Positions 56,460 through 64,000 of a stretch of DNA of 64,000 nt are shown piece after piece. Source of the DNA: a virus; the IMG/VR virus record IMGVR_UViG_3300032753_000003, positions 135,866-199,865 of that record. One strand, 5' to 3'. Numbering within the stretch: the first letter of the stretch is position 1; each line of letters starts with the position of its first letter. Under the pieces are notes generated by a model, which was given only the letters and a program-made list of their open reading frames with translations, did no database searches and was not told the origin of the DNA. The translations under genes were made by a program, and so were the position numbers.

Positions 56460-56720
56460 ATGAGCAGCGAAAAGTATCTCTGGGTAGATCAATATAGGCC
56501 AAAATTTTTAGCCGATTATGTATGGGCAGATGAATCTCAACGCCAACAGGTACAGAACTGGGTGCGTGAGAAACATTTGCCCAATCTACTTTTAAGTGGC
56601 GGGCCAGGCATTGGCAAATGTCTAGGCGGCAATGAAAGAATTAACATAAGATTAGATAAATCAAAGTTAACACCCGCACAGCTAGCATATTTAGATGCTA
56701 TCAAACTAGAAAAGAAATAA
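56460..56720 (+). CDS. Clamp loader small subunit part 1: N-extein (53 aa, ends at Walker A GK) plus 33-aa split-intein N-fragment
   Basis: WVDQYRP...LPNLLLSGGPGIGK|CLGGNERINIR...; TAA TAA stop. Confidence 0.88.
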   Translation: MSSEKYLWVDQYRPKFLADYVWADESQRQQVQNWVREKHLPNLLLSGGPGIGKCLGGNERINIRLDKSKLTPAQLAYLDAIKLEKK

Positions 56721-56759
56721 TAAACTTATTTTTATCCAATACGGTATAAATATATCGTA

Positions 56760-58262
56760 ATGGATAAAATGAGGATAAATATGAAACGCAAATCAGCAAA
56801 GCAACGAGCTAAAGAATTTGCAAATAAGCCGTATGTTAAACGTATATTAGGCAATAATTGGACGCCAGATAAACAGCTTTTAGCTGAATTAGAAAAATAT
56901 TTTGAAAGATGGTTAATTGATCATCCCGGTATAGAAATTAACCAAACTCTATACAATAAAATTGCAAATATGATATCTGGCGGAATAAAAACAAATTTAT
57001 ATTCTAGGTATAAAAAATTAGAAGACTTACAACCACATAGCTTAGAACATTATCAAATACTTTTTGGTGACGATCTTGGATTACAAAAGTATCAAAGTCG
57101 AACACAAAATTTATCAAAAATTAATAAAATATCTGATGTTAATATTGCTATAGATGCATTTTTAAATCTTAAAATTGCTAAAGACGTTATTAAAAAAGAA
57201 AATTTATCTAATGATCAAATAACTGAATTAAGAAAATTATTTACTTCATATCAACGAAGTGCATTTAAAGATTCATGGGCATTGGTAATAGATATTGTTA
57301 GATATCATGCACCAGATTACGTATCTAGATTTAATATTTGTAAAAATAATTCGCCTAACAGTGAAGCATATTTACAAGCTAGATATGGTAACGATCAATC
57401 GTTAATAGATGCATGGTATGCTAAAAGACAATCATTTGCAGAAAATAATTTTAGTAATATCCCTAGATATTGGATATTACAAGGTTTAGATGTTGAAACG
57501 GCTAAATTAGCGGCTCAGAGCATACAGACAAGTAGAGCAGAAAAATCAGGAAATAAACTGCGCGGAGTTCGACACGGGCCTCGCACAGTTGAATATTGGA
57601 TATCAAAAGGTAATGACGAAAATCAAGCTAAAGAATTAGTAAGTGCATGGCAACGTCGAGATTTAGAATGGTTTATTGCTCTATACGGAAACGTTGATGG
57701 TACCGAACGTTATCAACAAATGATCAAACAACGCACCCAAACATGGCAGAAAAAATCAAAATATGATCGTCAAAAAATAAATCAAACCAAAGGACGAACA
57801 TTTCAACAACTGATAGAATCACATGGTATTGACCAAGCTATAGAAATAATAAAGAAACGTACAAGTGGAAATTCTAAAATAAGCAAAGAAAGCATAGAGT
57901 TCTTCAAAGATCTTGATAACTTAATTGAACCATTAGGAGCACAATCTGTTACAGGTTATAAAGGCATTGAAAGATTTGTTAGATTTAATAATGATTTTAC
58001 ATGGTTAGATTATTATATCAATGGTAAAATAATAGAATATCATGGTAGTTTTTGGCATGCAGATCCAAGATTATTTGAAGCAGAACAAATACACTCGGTT
58101 ATAAACATGCCATGTAAAGAGATTTGGAATCGAGATAAAGATCGCATAGACAATCTTAAAAAATTAGGATATACTGTATTAGTAATTTGGAGCAAGGATG
58201 TAGCAGATGATCGGCAGCGAGAGCTTGATAAAGCAAAACAATTTATACGTGGACAGCTCTAA
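56760..58262 (+). CDS. Free-standing endonuclease with Vsr/DUF559-like C-terminal nuclease domain
   Basis: IIEYHGSFWHADP...RDK.R...LKKLGYTVLVIW; repeated YG/YW..KG helical motifs; TATAAATA at 56745-56752. Confidence 0.85.
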   Translation: MDKMRINMKRKSAKQRAKEFANKPYVKRILGNNWTPDKQLLAELEKYFERWLIDHPGIEINQTLYNKIANMISGGIKTNLYSRYKKLEDLQPHSLEHYQILFGDDLGLQKYQSRTQNLSKINKISDVNIAIDAFLNLKIAKDVIKKENLSNDQITELRKLFTSYQRSAFKDSWALVIDIVRYHAPDYVSRFNICKNNSPNSEAYLQARYGNDQSLIDAWYAKRQSFAENNFSNIPRYWILQGLDVETAKLAAQSIQTSRAEKSGNKLRGVRHGPRTVEYWISKGNDENQAKELVSAWQRRDLEWFIALYGNVDGTERYQQMIKQRTQTWQKKSKYDRQKINQTKGRTFQQLIESHGIDQAIEIIKKRTSGNSKISKESIEFFKDLDNLIEPLGAQSVTGYKGIERFVRFNNDFTWLDYYINGKIIEYHGSFWHADPRLFEAEQIHSVINMPCKEIWNRDKDRIDNLKKLGYTVLVIWSKDVADDRQRELDKAKQFIRGQL

Positions 58263-59121
58263 TTTATTAGAAATTAACATATCAATGCTCGAATTGTTTA
58301 CAATGTTAGGTTTGAAAAATGCTATTTACGAACAAGCTTATGATATAACTAGTTATAACTTTGAAATAGATACGCCTTCTGGATGGCAGCCTATTCAAGC
58401 GTTGGTGCGTAAAAATACAGATGCTGCTAGATATGTGTTTGATGATGGTACATCTTTAATCTGCGCAACAAAACATTTGGTATTCGAAAATGCAAAATGT
58501 AAAACTATAAACACATGTTCGTATGTTGATACTATTTCAGGACAAAATAAAATATTTGGCAGTGAATATCTTGGAAAACTAGATTTATATGATGTATCTA
58601 TTCCTGCGCCACATGTATATATAACATCAAATGGTATATTACATCATAATACAACTCTAGCCAAGTGCTTGCTCAATGAACTTGGAGTGAGCGAATATGA
58701 TATCAAATATGTAAATGGTAGTCACACAACTGGTGTAGAGAATATCAGAGATCTCAGCAAGTTTGCTGAAACTATGCCAAATGGCGACTTCCGTTATGTG
58801 ATGCTGGATGAATGTTTAGATGAAGACACTATAGTTTGGGTTCTCCGTAACGGGACTGAAACAGGGGTAGCTATAAAAGATCTAGATCAATCGAACGATT
58901 TGGTGAAATCATATAGTGTTGAAAACCAACGCATAGAGTGGCGGCCTTTTGAACTTATGGATAAAGGTGATCGAGAAGTATTAGAGATAGAGTTTGAGAA
59001 CGGTGAGGTTGTTATTTGCACACCTAATCATAAGTGGTACGTTGAGGACTCGAGCAACGGTAAAATCAAAGTAGTACGAGCAGATGAGCTAGATCAATAC
59101 GAACATATATTGACGATATAA
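58207..59121 (+). CDS. Clamp loader part 2: intein-1 C-fragment, 54-aa middle extein, intein-2 N-fragment
   Basis: ...EIDTPSGW...CATKH...LYDV...NGILHHN|TTLAK...YVMLDE|CLDEDT...CTPNHKW... Confidence 0.9.
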   Translation: MIGSESLIKQNNLYVDSSNLLEINISMLELFTMLGLKNAIYEQAYDITSYNFEIDTPSGWQPIQALVRKNTDAARYVFDDGTSLICATKHLVFENAKCKTINTCSYVDTISGQNKIFGSEYLGKLDLYDVSIPAPHVYITSNGILHHNTTLAKCLLNELGVSEYDIKYVNGSHTTGVENIRDLSKFAETMPNGDFRYVMLDECLDEDTIVWVLRNGTETGVAIKDLDQSNDLVKSYSVENQRIEWRPFELMDKGDREVLEIEFENGEVVICTPNHKWYVEDSSNGKIKVVRADELDQYEHILTI

Positions 59122-59184
59122 ACTGATTATCTTATTCGCAATGCGCAGGTATAAATATTGAGAGATCATATAGGAGATTGATCC

Positions 59185-60198
59185 GTGATAACACACGATA
59201 CTAGGCGATTGCTCAGAGAAGCTGCTTTGCGTAATGGGTTAGGTGGCAATAGATACAGCCACAGGAAAGCATTCAGTGATGCCGAAATACAGAAATTATA
59301 CGAAAAATATCTCAGCAATTCTAACAGATTAGAATCACTGTTTAGTAATAAGTTGTGTAAGACCTATAAAGCATGGTTAAATGATCTCTCGAGGCACATG
59401 GATAAAGAAAGCAGGTTACGGTTCACTGTATTACTGCGTGATAAATGTTGTAACGCTTGCAATACTAAGATTGGTTTATTAAACTATTCTAAGTCATCTG
59501 CAACAATTGGACCATACTGCAAGTCTTGTACAGACAAAAAAGTATGGGCGAGATCCGAACACATTGGAGATGATAAGCTGAAACAACGAGGCAAAAAAAT
59601 AACCAATGCAAAGCTTGCTCATTACCGCAGTGATAAAGGAGACATTACCAAAACTATCATAGGTGCTAAAAACAGCATCAATATGAAAGCATGGTATTCA
59701 ACTGATGCCGGACTGGAGCAGATAGAACGATCAAGGGTGCACAATAGCAAGATAATGAAAGACAAAATACGCAAAGGTGAATTTACCCCGCGCATAACCA
59801 ATTCTTGGACACATTGGACTGCTACAGCTATAGTGAATGGCAAAGTACACAAATTCCGCAGTAGTTGGGAAGCTTGCTTTTGGATCTGTAATCAACATTT
59901 AAGTTATGAAACTTTGCGCATCCCTTATGAAAAAAATGGGGAACAGCACACATACATAGCAGACTTCTACGACACTATAACCAACACGTTTTATGAGATT
60001 AAACCTCGTAGCAGCTTCAATGATCAGATTGACAAGATGACCTGCATCATTAATACTTGTATTAAAGTTGGTATTAAATTTGTGTGGATAAACGAAGACA
60101 ATATATGGTCATGGATAGATGAATCTATGATAGACGAAGTTAATAAACCGCAACTAGACAGACTGAAGGGTATACGGCGTGCAAAAGCTAGCGATTAA
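59185..60198 (+). CDS. Free-standing PD-(D/E)XK (TnsA-like) endonuclease
   Basis: FRSSWE...YE...IPY...YIADFY...YEIKP; Zn-finger-like CNAC/CKSC; TATAAATA at 59150-59157, AGGAG SD. Confidence 0.8.
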   Translation: MITHDTRRLLREAALRNGLGGNRYSHRKAFSDAEIQKLYEKYLSNSNRLESLFSNKLCKTYKAWLNDLSRHMDKESRLRFTVLLRDKCCNACNTKIGLLNYSKSSATIGPYCKSCTDKKVWARSEHIGDDKLKQRGKKITNAKLAHYRSDKGDITKTIIGAKNSINMKAWYSTDAGLEQIERSRVHNSKIMKDKIRKGEFTPRITNSWTHWTATAIVNGKVHKFRSSWEACFWICNQHLSYETLRIPYEKNGEQHTYIADFYDTITNTFYEIKPRSSFNDQIDKMTCIINTCIKVGIKFVWINEDNIWSWIDESMIDEVNKPQLDRLKGIRRAKASD

Positions 60199-60913
60199 AA
60201 ATATCAAAAAGGTACAAGGACATCGTCGTGTTTATGATCTGTCGGTTGATAGCAATCATAACTTCGTTATAGGTAAGAATAAGTTACTTACTCATAATTG
60301 TGACTATCTAAGCCTCAATGCACAGGCGGCACTACGCAACATGATTGAAGAATATTCAGCCATTTGCAGATGGATTCTTACCTGTAACTATCCAAACAAG
60401 ATTATCCCAGCTTTGAAATCTAGGACTCAAGGCTTCCATATGGAGCATTTAGATCGAGAACAGTTCCTAGCACGCATTGCTAATATATTGATCGCAGAGG
60501 GCGTTGAACTCACTGAAGAAAATCTTGAGATCTTAGATGAATATGCCACTGCTACATACCCAGATCTTCGCAAATGCATCAACATGCTACAGCAGAATTG
60601 TAGCAACCGAAAGCTAAACAGACCCAGCAGCGGTAGCAGCAATGATAGTCAAGACTATCTAGTTCAAGCTATCGGATTATTTAAATCTGGAAAGATACAC
60701 GAAGCTCGAAAGATCATTTGTGCTAATGCAAGAGCCGAAGAGTATGAAGAAATCTATCGGTTACTATATAGAAATTTAGCGTGGTGGGGCGATACAGAAG
60801 CTAAACAAAATCAGGCTACAGTTATCATCGCCAATAGGTTGAGAGACCACTCATTAGTAGCCGATAGCGAGATAAATCTTGCAGCAGCTTTGATAGAACT
60901 GTCTGGATTATAA
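60179..60913 (+). CDS. Clamp loader part 3: 40-aa intein-2 C-fragment plus C-extein (204 aa)
   Basis: MQKLAIKNIKK...VYDLSVDSNHNFVI...LTHN|CDYLSLNAQAALR...RWILTCNYPNKIIPALKSR; GTG start with GAAGGG SD. Confidence 0.9.
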   Translation: MQKLAIKNIKKVQGHRRVYDLSVDSNHNFVIGKNKLLTHNCDYLSLNAQAALRNMIEEYSAICRWILTCNYPNKIIPALKSRTQGFHMEHLDREQFLARIANILIAEGVELTEENLEILDEYATATYPDLRKCINMLQQNCSNRKLNRPSSGSSNDSQDYLVQAIGLFKSGKIHEARKIICANARAEEYEEIYRLLYRNLAWWGDTEAKQNQATVIIANRLRDHSLVADSEINLAAALIELSGL

Positions 60914-60917
60914 CAAA

Positions 60918-61142
60918 TTAAACTGATATAGGTTTATTTTGATATGCTTGCAAAGTTGTAAACACATCGGGTGGTGGAACATAGTCTGGCGGCGTTGCGG
61001 GTTGCACACCTATAACGTCGGTTATATCTATCATTTCAAATTGTAGTTTTTTACCAGATGGGGAAGTAGCCATAAGCTTCTCTCCGTCTGGGTAAATTAC
61101 CCAACCCTGCAATAGTATTCTGTCTCCTATTATATCTGTCAT
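60918..61142 (-). CDS. Hypothetical protein
   Basis: AAGGA SD, 74 aa. Confidence 0.55.
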   Translation of the reverse strand: MTDIIGDRILLQGWVIYPDGEKLMATSPSGKKLQFEMIDITDVIGVQPATPPDYVPPPDVFTTLQAYQNKPISV

Positions 61143-61189
61143 TGTTATTTCCTTTAAATTTAGTTATCCTGTCTATTAGATTGGTAAAT

Positions 61190-61582
61190 TTATGAAGTAG
61201 GCGGCGGTTGATTAGCTAATATAGCAGTTGCGCGATCGCTAGTAATTATATTAGAAGTTACCAAATAGTTAACTCCGGAGATAACTTCCTGATTGTTTAA
61301 TTGTATTTGACCTGCACCTGTTGCCATTAATATAAACAATTTTATTTGCGTATCTGTGCTATTAACTATTACAGCTTGTTCAGTTGGAGTAAACAATGCC
61401 ATAAACTGTAAGAAAGTTAAGCTTTGTAGAAACGTTGGCGCAACATATGGATTTGGAGTATTGCCAGCAGCTAACCATGCAAGATAAGCTTGATAATCGG
61501 TATTATTTGGATCTGCTGGAATAAATGCACCATCTGAATCTCTTATTATATAAGTAGAATTATATTTTAATGTGTAAGTCAT
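61190..61582 (-). CDS. Tail fibre assembly chaperone-like protein
   Basis: IPADPNNTDYQAYLAWLAAGNTP motif; follows a fibre gene. Confidence 0.7.
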   Translation of the reverse strand: MTYTLKYNSTYIIRDSDGAFIPADPNNTDYQAYLAWLAAGNTPNPYVAPTFLQSLTFLQFMALFTPTEQAVIVNSTDTQIKLFILMATGAGQIQLNNQEVISGVNYLVTSNIITSDRATAILANQPPPTS

Positions 61583-61585
61583 TTG

Positions 61586-62758
61586 TTAAAGTTCCGCGCT
61601 TTGATATGAAATAAAATTTACATATGATCCTATTGCTGGGTTGGCATTAAGATAATATTGAAGAAAGCTTGCTTCTCCACCTACATTTAAAATTCCACTA
61701 TAACCAGAGCTGTCGTTTATTGTATAAACAATACTTGGCGATGCTCTCATAGTAACAGGTAAATTGATAGTAGTAACTGCGCCAGAATAGTTACCACTAG
61801 TAGTAGTACAATATAGAATGCCAAAAACTATATTGTAATATCTTTGACATAACAATAATTCTTGACCATATAGCCTACGTTCAAACGGTGTAGCGACAGT
61901 TCCAACCTCTAATTGCACACCGGTGATATAAAAAGTTGCACCGGATGTACTAACAACTGAAACTGTACCACCAGACTGAAAATAATTACCACTCGCCCAC
62001 AAATTAGGAAATGGTGGATTTGTGCTACTACCGGCTCCTAAGCTAAAACGTATATACAATGATCCACCATTTCCTAACATAACCCATGTACCCCCAGTGT
62101 CACCTGGTATTGTGAGATTAATCTTTGTCCAAGTATTTGATAAAGGAATTGAGTATGTAAATACATATGAACGAGTAGATGCATAATTGTTGAGCGACCC
62201 ACTAAACGTACCAGTGAGACTAGAATATGCCCAAAATGATAGAGTAACAGTCTGTGCGTTAGCAGTTCCCCACGCAAAATCTTGAATATTTGCCGCCTCA
62301 AATGCTTGATGAAATCCAAAAACATCAGACGATGATGGTGTATATGATGAAGATGATTGAAAACCTAGATAATGACTGAAACCAGGCGGAGGTGTTATTA
62401 AATTAAGATTCTGCCCCCATGTTCCCTTACTTGCCTGAGATGCTCCGTAGTGCCACCGGTCAATAGTATAAACATTGTATCCAGTTCCGCTTACTCCGTT
62501 ATTACGTTGGTCTATGTCCATAGTGCCATTGATAAAGCGATTCCTAGTACCAAAACTAGAAACGGTACCAAACTGAGTACCATCACTCATAGTTATATTG
62601 CTGCTTATTGACAACGTGTTTACTAAAACATTGCTGACATTTGCGTTACCAACGACTTGTAATGTACCGATTGGTGTAGATGTACCAACACCAACGTTAC
62701 CGTTGATGTCTACTATGATTGACTCAGCTACTCTAGCTAAATTGGCAGTATCAGTCAT
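61586..62758 (-). CDS. Tail fibre protein
   Basis: GNVGVGTSTP; RNRFING.M.IDQR...DRW...VTLSFW...ITGVQLEVG..ATPFERR.YGQEL.LCQRYY. Confidence 0.85.
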   Translation of the reverse strand: MTDTANLARVAESIIVDINGNVGVGTSTPIGTLQVVGNANVSNVLVNTLSISSNITMSDGTQFGTVSSFGTRNRFINGTMDIDQRNNGVSGTGYNVYTIDRWHYGASQASKGTWGQNLNLITPPPGFSHYLGFQSSSSYTPSSSDVFGFHQAFEAANIQDFAWGTANAQTVTLSFWAYSSLTGTFSGSLNNYASTRSYVFTYSIPLSNTWTKINLTIPGDTGGTWVMLGNGGSLYIRFSLGAGSSTNPPFPNLWASGNYFQSGGTVSVVSTSGATFYITGVQLEVGTVATPFERRLYGQELLLCQRYYNIVFGILYCTTTSGNYSGAVTTINLPVTMRASPSIVYTINDSSGYSGILNVGGEASFLQYYLNANPAIGSYVNFISYQSAEL

Positions 62759-62885
62759 ACTGTATCAGTCCTATATCTTATAAATCGCATATGTTATTTA
62801 TTCGGTCTATTAAGTTGGATTACCATTGTGCAGATTTACACTAATCCTGTTACCAAATTAAAAATAAATTTCATTTGATTTTTAA

Positions 62886-64000
62886 TCAGTATTCTATAAT
62901 GATAATGCCACTTCCGCCCGCACCGCCCGAACCTGAACCGCCGCCCGAACCCGAACCGCTGCCCGACCCTGAACCGCCGCCGCCCGTACCAGCAGTACCA
63001 GCATTACCAGATGCGTTACCTGCTGTTGTTTTGACTACTGCTGCGCCGCCGCCAAGTCCAAAAAAACCACTTGCACCAGATCCACTAGGAGAAGCGTTTG
63101 AAGATGACACATACACAGATGGGAACCCAGGGTTACCTGGTAGGTTTAAATCGCCACCTGATCCAGCAACACCGGCACTACCTCCAACTGTAGCGTTAGT
63201 GTTAGATCCAAGTGGTCCACCGGATCCGCCTGGCGCGTTTACTATAGTTTGTCCAGAGATGAATATGTTACTAGGTGCTCCGTTGCCGCCTGCAGCACCG
63301 GATGCACCGGATCCACCTACTCCAACGTTGTAATTATAAGTTAGACCGCCAACACCGGTAAAATATTTGATGCTAACTGCACCACTACCGCCGCCGCCGC
63401 CGGCAAAAAATGCAGTAGCCGAGCTGCCACCACCTGCGCCGCCGCCGCCAACTACAGTGACTTTTACTTTGGTTACACCGGCTGGTAATGCTACTGCTGT
63501 TCCAGATCCTGATGTATAAATGGTTTGCGACTGGAATCCACCTTGGTTGCGTACAAAGTTAGTTGTAGCCACTTGGCTGCTGTTGGCTGTAGTGCCTATG
63601 CTGCCGCCAACATATAAGTTACCGCCTATACCAACACCACCTGCGACTTGTAATGCACCAGTTGAAGTAGATGTAGATACTGTAGCATTTCCAATTACAA
63701 GTGCATTGCCTATCGTACCGCCATTGAACGAGTTCTGTAATTGTGCAACTGCCTGCCAACTTAGCGTACCGCTGCCGTTGGTAGTGAGTACATAATTTGG
63801 ACTACCACCTGTTATAGTTAGACTGCTTACTGAACCAAGGTTTACATTACCACCAACATATAAGTTACCGCCAATACCAACACCACCTGCGACTTGTAAT
63901 GCACCAGTTGAAGTAGATGTAGATACTGTAGCATTTCCAATTACAAGTGCATTGCCTATCGTACCGCCATTGAACGAGTTCTGTAATTGTGCAACTGCCT
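62886..64000 (-). CDS. Gly-rich fibre-associated protein (5'-partial; frame open to window end)
   Basis: Frame continues upstream of the called GTG (…STSTGALQVAGGVGIGGNLYVGG…QVATTNFVRNQGG…); Gly-rich C-terminal domain ending GIIIIEY. Confidence 0.75.
   Translation of the reverse strand, partial: AVAQLQNSFNGGTIGNALVIGNATVSTSTSTGALQVAGGVGIGGNLYVGGNVNLGSVSSLTITGGSPNYVLTTNGSGTLSWQAVAQLQNSFNGGTIGNALVIGNATVSTSTSTGALQVAGGVGIGGNLYVGGSIGTTANSSQVATTNFVRNQGGFQSQTIYTSGSGTAVALPAGVTKVKVTVVGGGGAGGGSSATAFFAGGGGGSGAVSIKYFTGVGGLTYNYNVGVGGSGASGAAGGNGAPSNIFISGQTIVNAPGGSGGPLGSNTNATVGGSAGVAGSGGDLNLPGNPGFPSVYVSSSNASPSGSGASGFFGLGGGAAVVKTTAGNASGNAGTAGTGGGGSGSGSGSGSGGGSGSGGAGGSGIIIIEY
63607..64000. repeat. 148-bp direct repeat, 63607-63754 and 63853-64000 (1 mismatch, 246-bp period)
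   Basis: Direct comparison of the two segments; in-frame duplication of 82 codons. Confidence 0.9.

Noticed and set aside
56720..59185. Contiguous inteins with internal endonucleases broken by sequencing errors
   Set aside because: Each endonuclease is in frame with the upstream intein half but separated by 2-3 stop codons and has its own TATAAATA promoter. The downstream intein half is in a different frame with its own SD. Several independent errors would be needed per intein.
56720..60200. Group I or II introns carrying the endonucleases
   Set aside because: Spacers are only 39 and 63 nt and the 3' ends overlap the next ORF, leaving no room for a ribozyme core. Protein-splicing motifs explain the junctions.
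63607..64000. 148-bp repeat as a diversity-generating retroelement TR/VR pair
   Set aside because: There is only one difference, both copies are in frame within the same gene, and no reverse transcriptase is present in the window.
1..64000. Alternative genetic code (stop-codon reassignment)
   Set aside because: Conserved genes (rIIA, RNA ligase, helicase, Thg1) are full length in code 11, all three stops are used at gene ends, and no suppressor tRNA is seen.

Overview
This 64 kb window comes from a jumbo tailed phage. Evidence: T4-type late promoters (TATAAATA/ATAAATA), rIIA/rIIB, a clamp loader, a Dda-like helicase, a stand-alone DnaE fragment, GroES, collagen-like fibres and 7 tRNA or tRNA-like genes. 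The host is probably an alphaproteobacterium (Hyphomicrobiales), inferred from an Omp25/RopB-type porin and a lysine 6-dehydrogenase-like gene. Layout: a fibre/adhesin gene and tRNA cluster (1-3.2 kb); a minus-strand fibre and glyco-modification block (3.2-15 kb); a plus-strand early/accessory region with a repeated strong promoter (15-35.7 kb); a ~600 bp structured non-coding island (35.7-36.3 kb); a minus-strand late array of ADP-ribosyltransferase-like paralogues (36.3-39.9 kb); accessory, baseplate/fibre and replication genes (40-61 kb); and more tail-fibre genes (61-64 kb). Two systems stand out. (1) The clamp-loader small subunit is broken into three genes that look to be rejoined by two different split inteins, one split atypically close to its N-terminus, with a free-standing late-expressed endonuclease in each gap. 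(2) A promoter, a 22-codon Thr/Pro/Arg/Cys-rich leader peptide and an antiterminator/terminator pair sit directly upstream of tRNA-Pro/Thr/Arg/Cys genes, which looks like ribosome-mediated attenuation of phage tRNA synthesis. All family assignments come from motif recognition by eye; no database searches were run.
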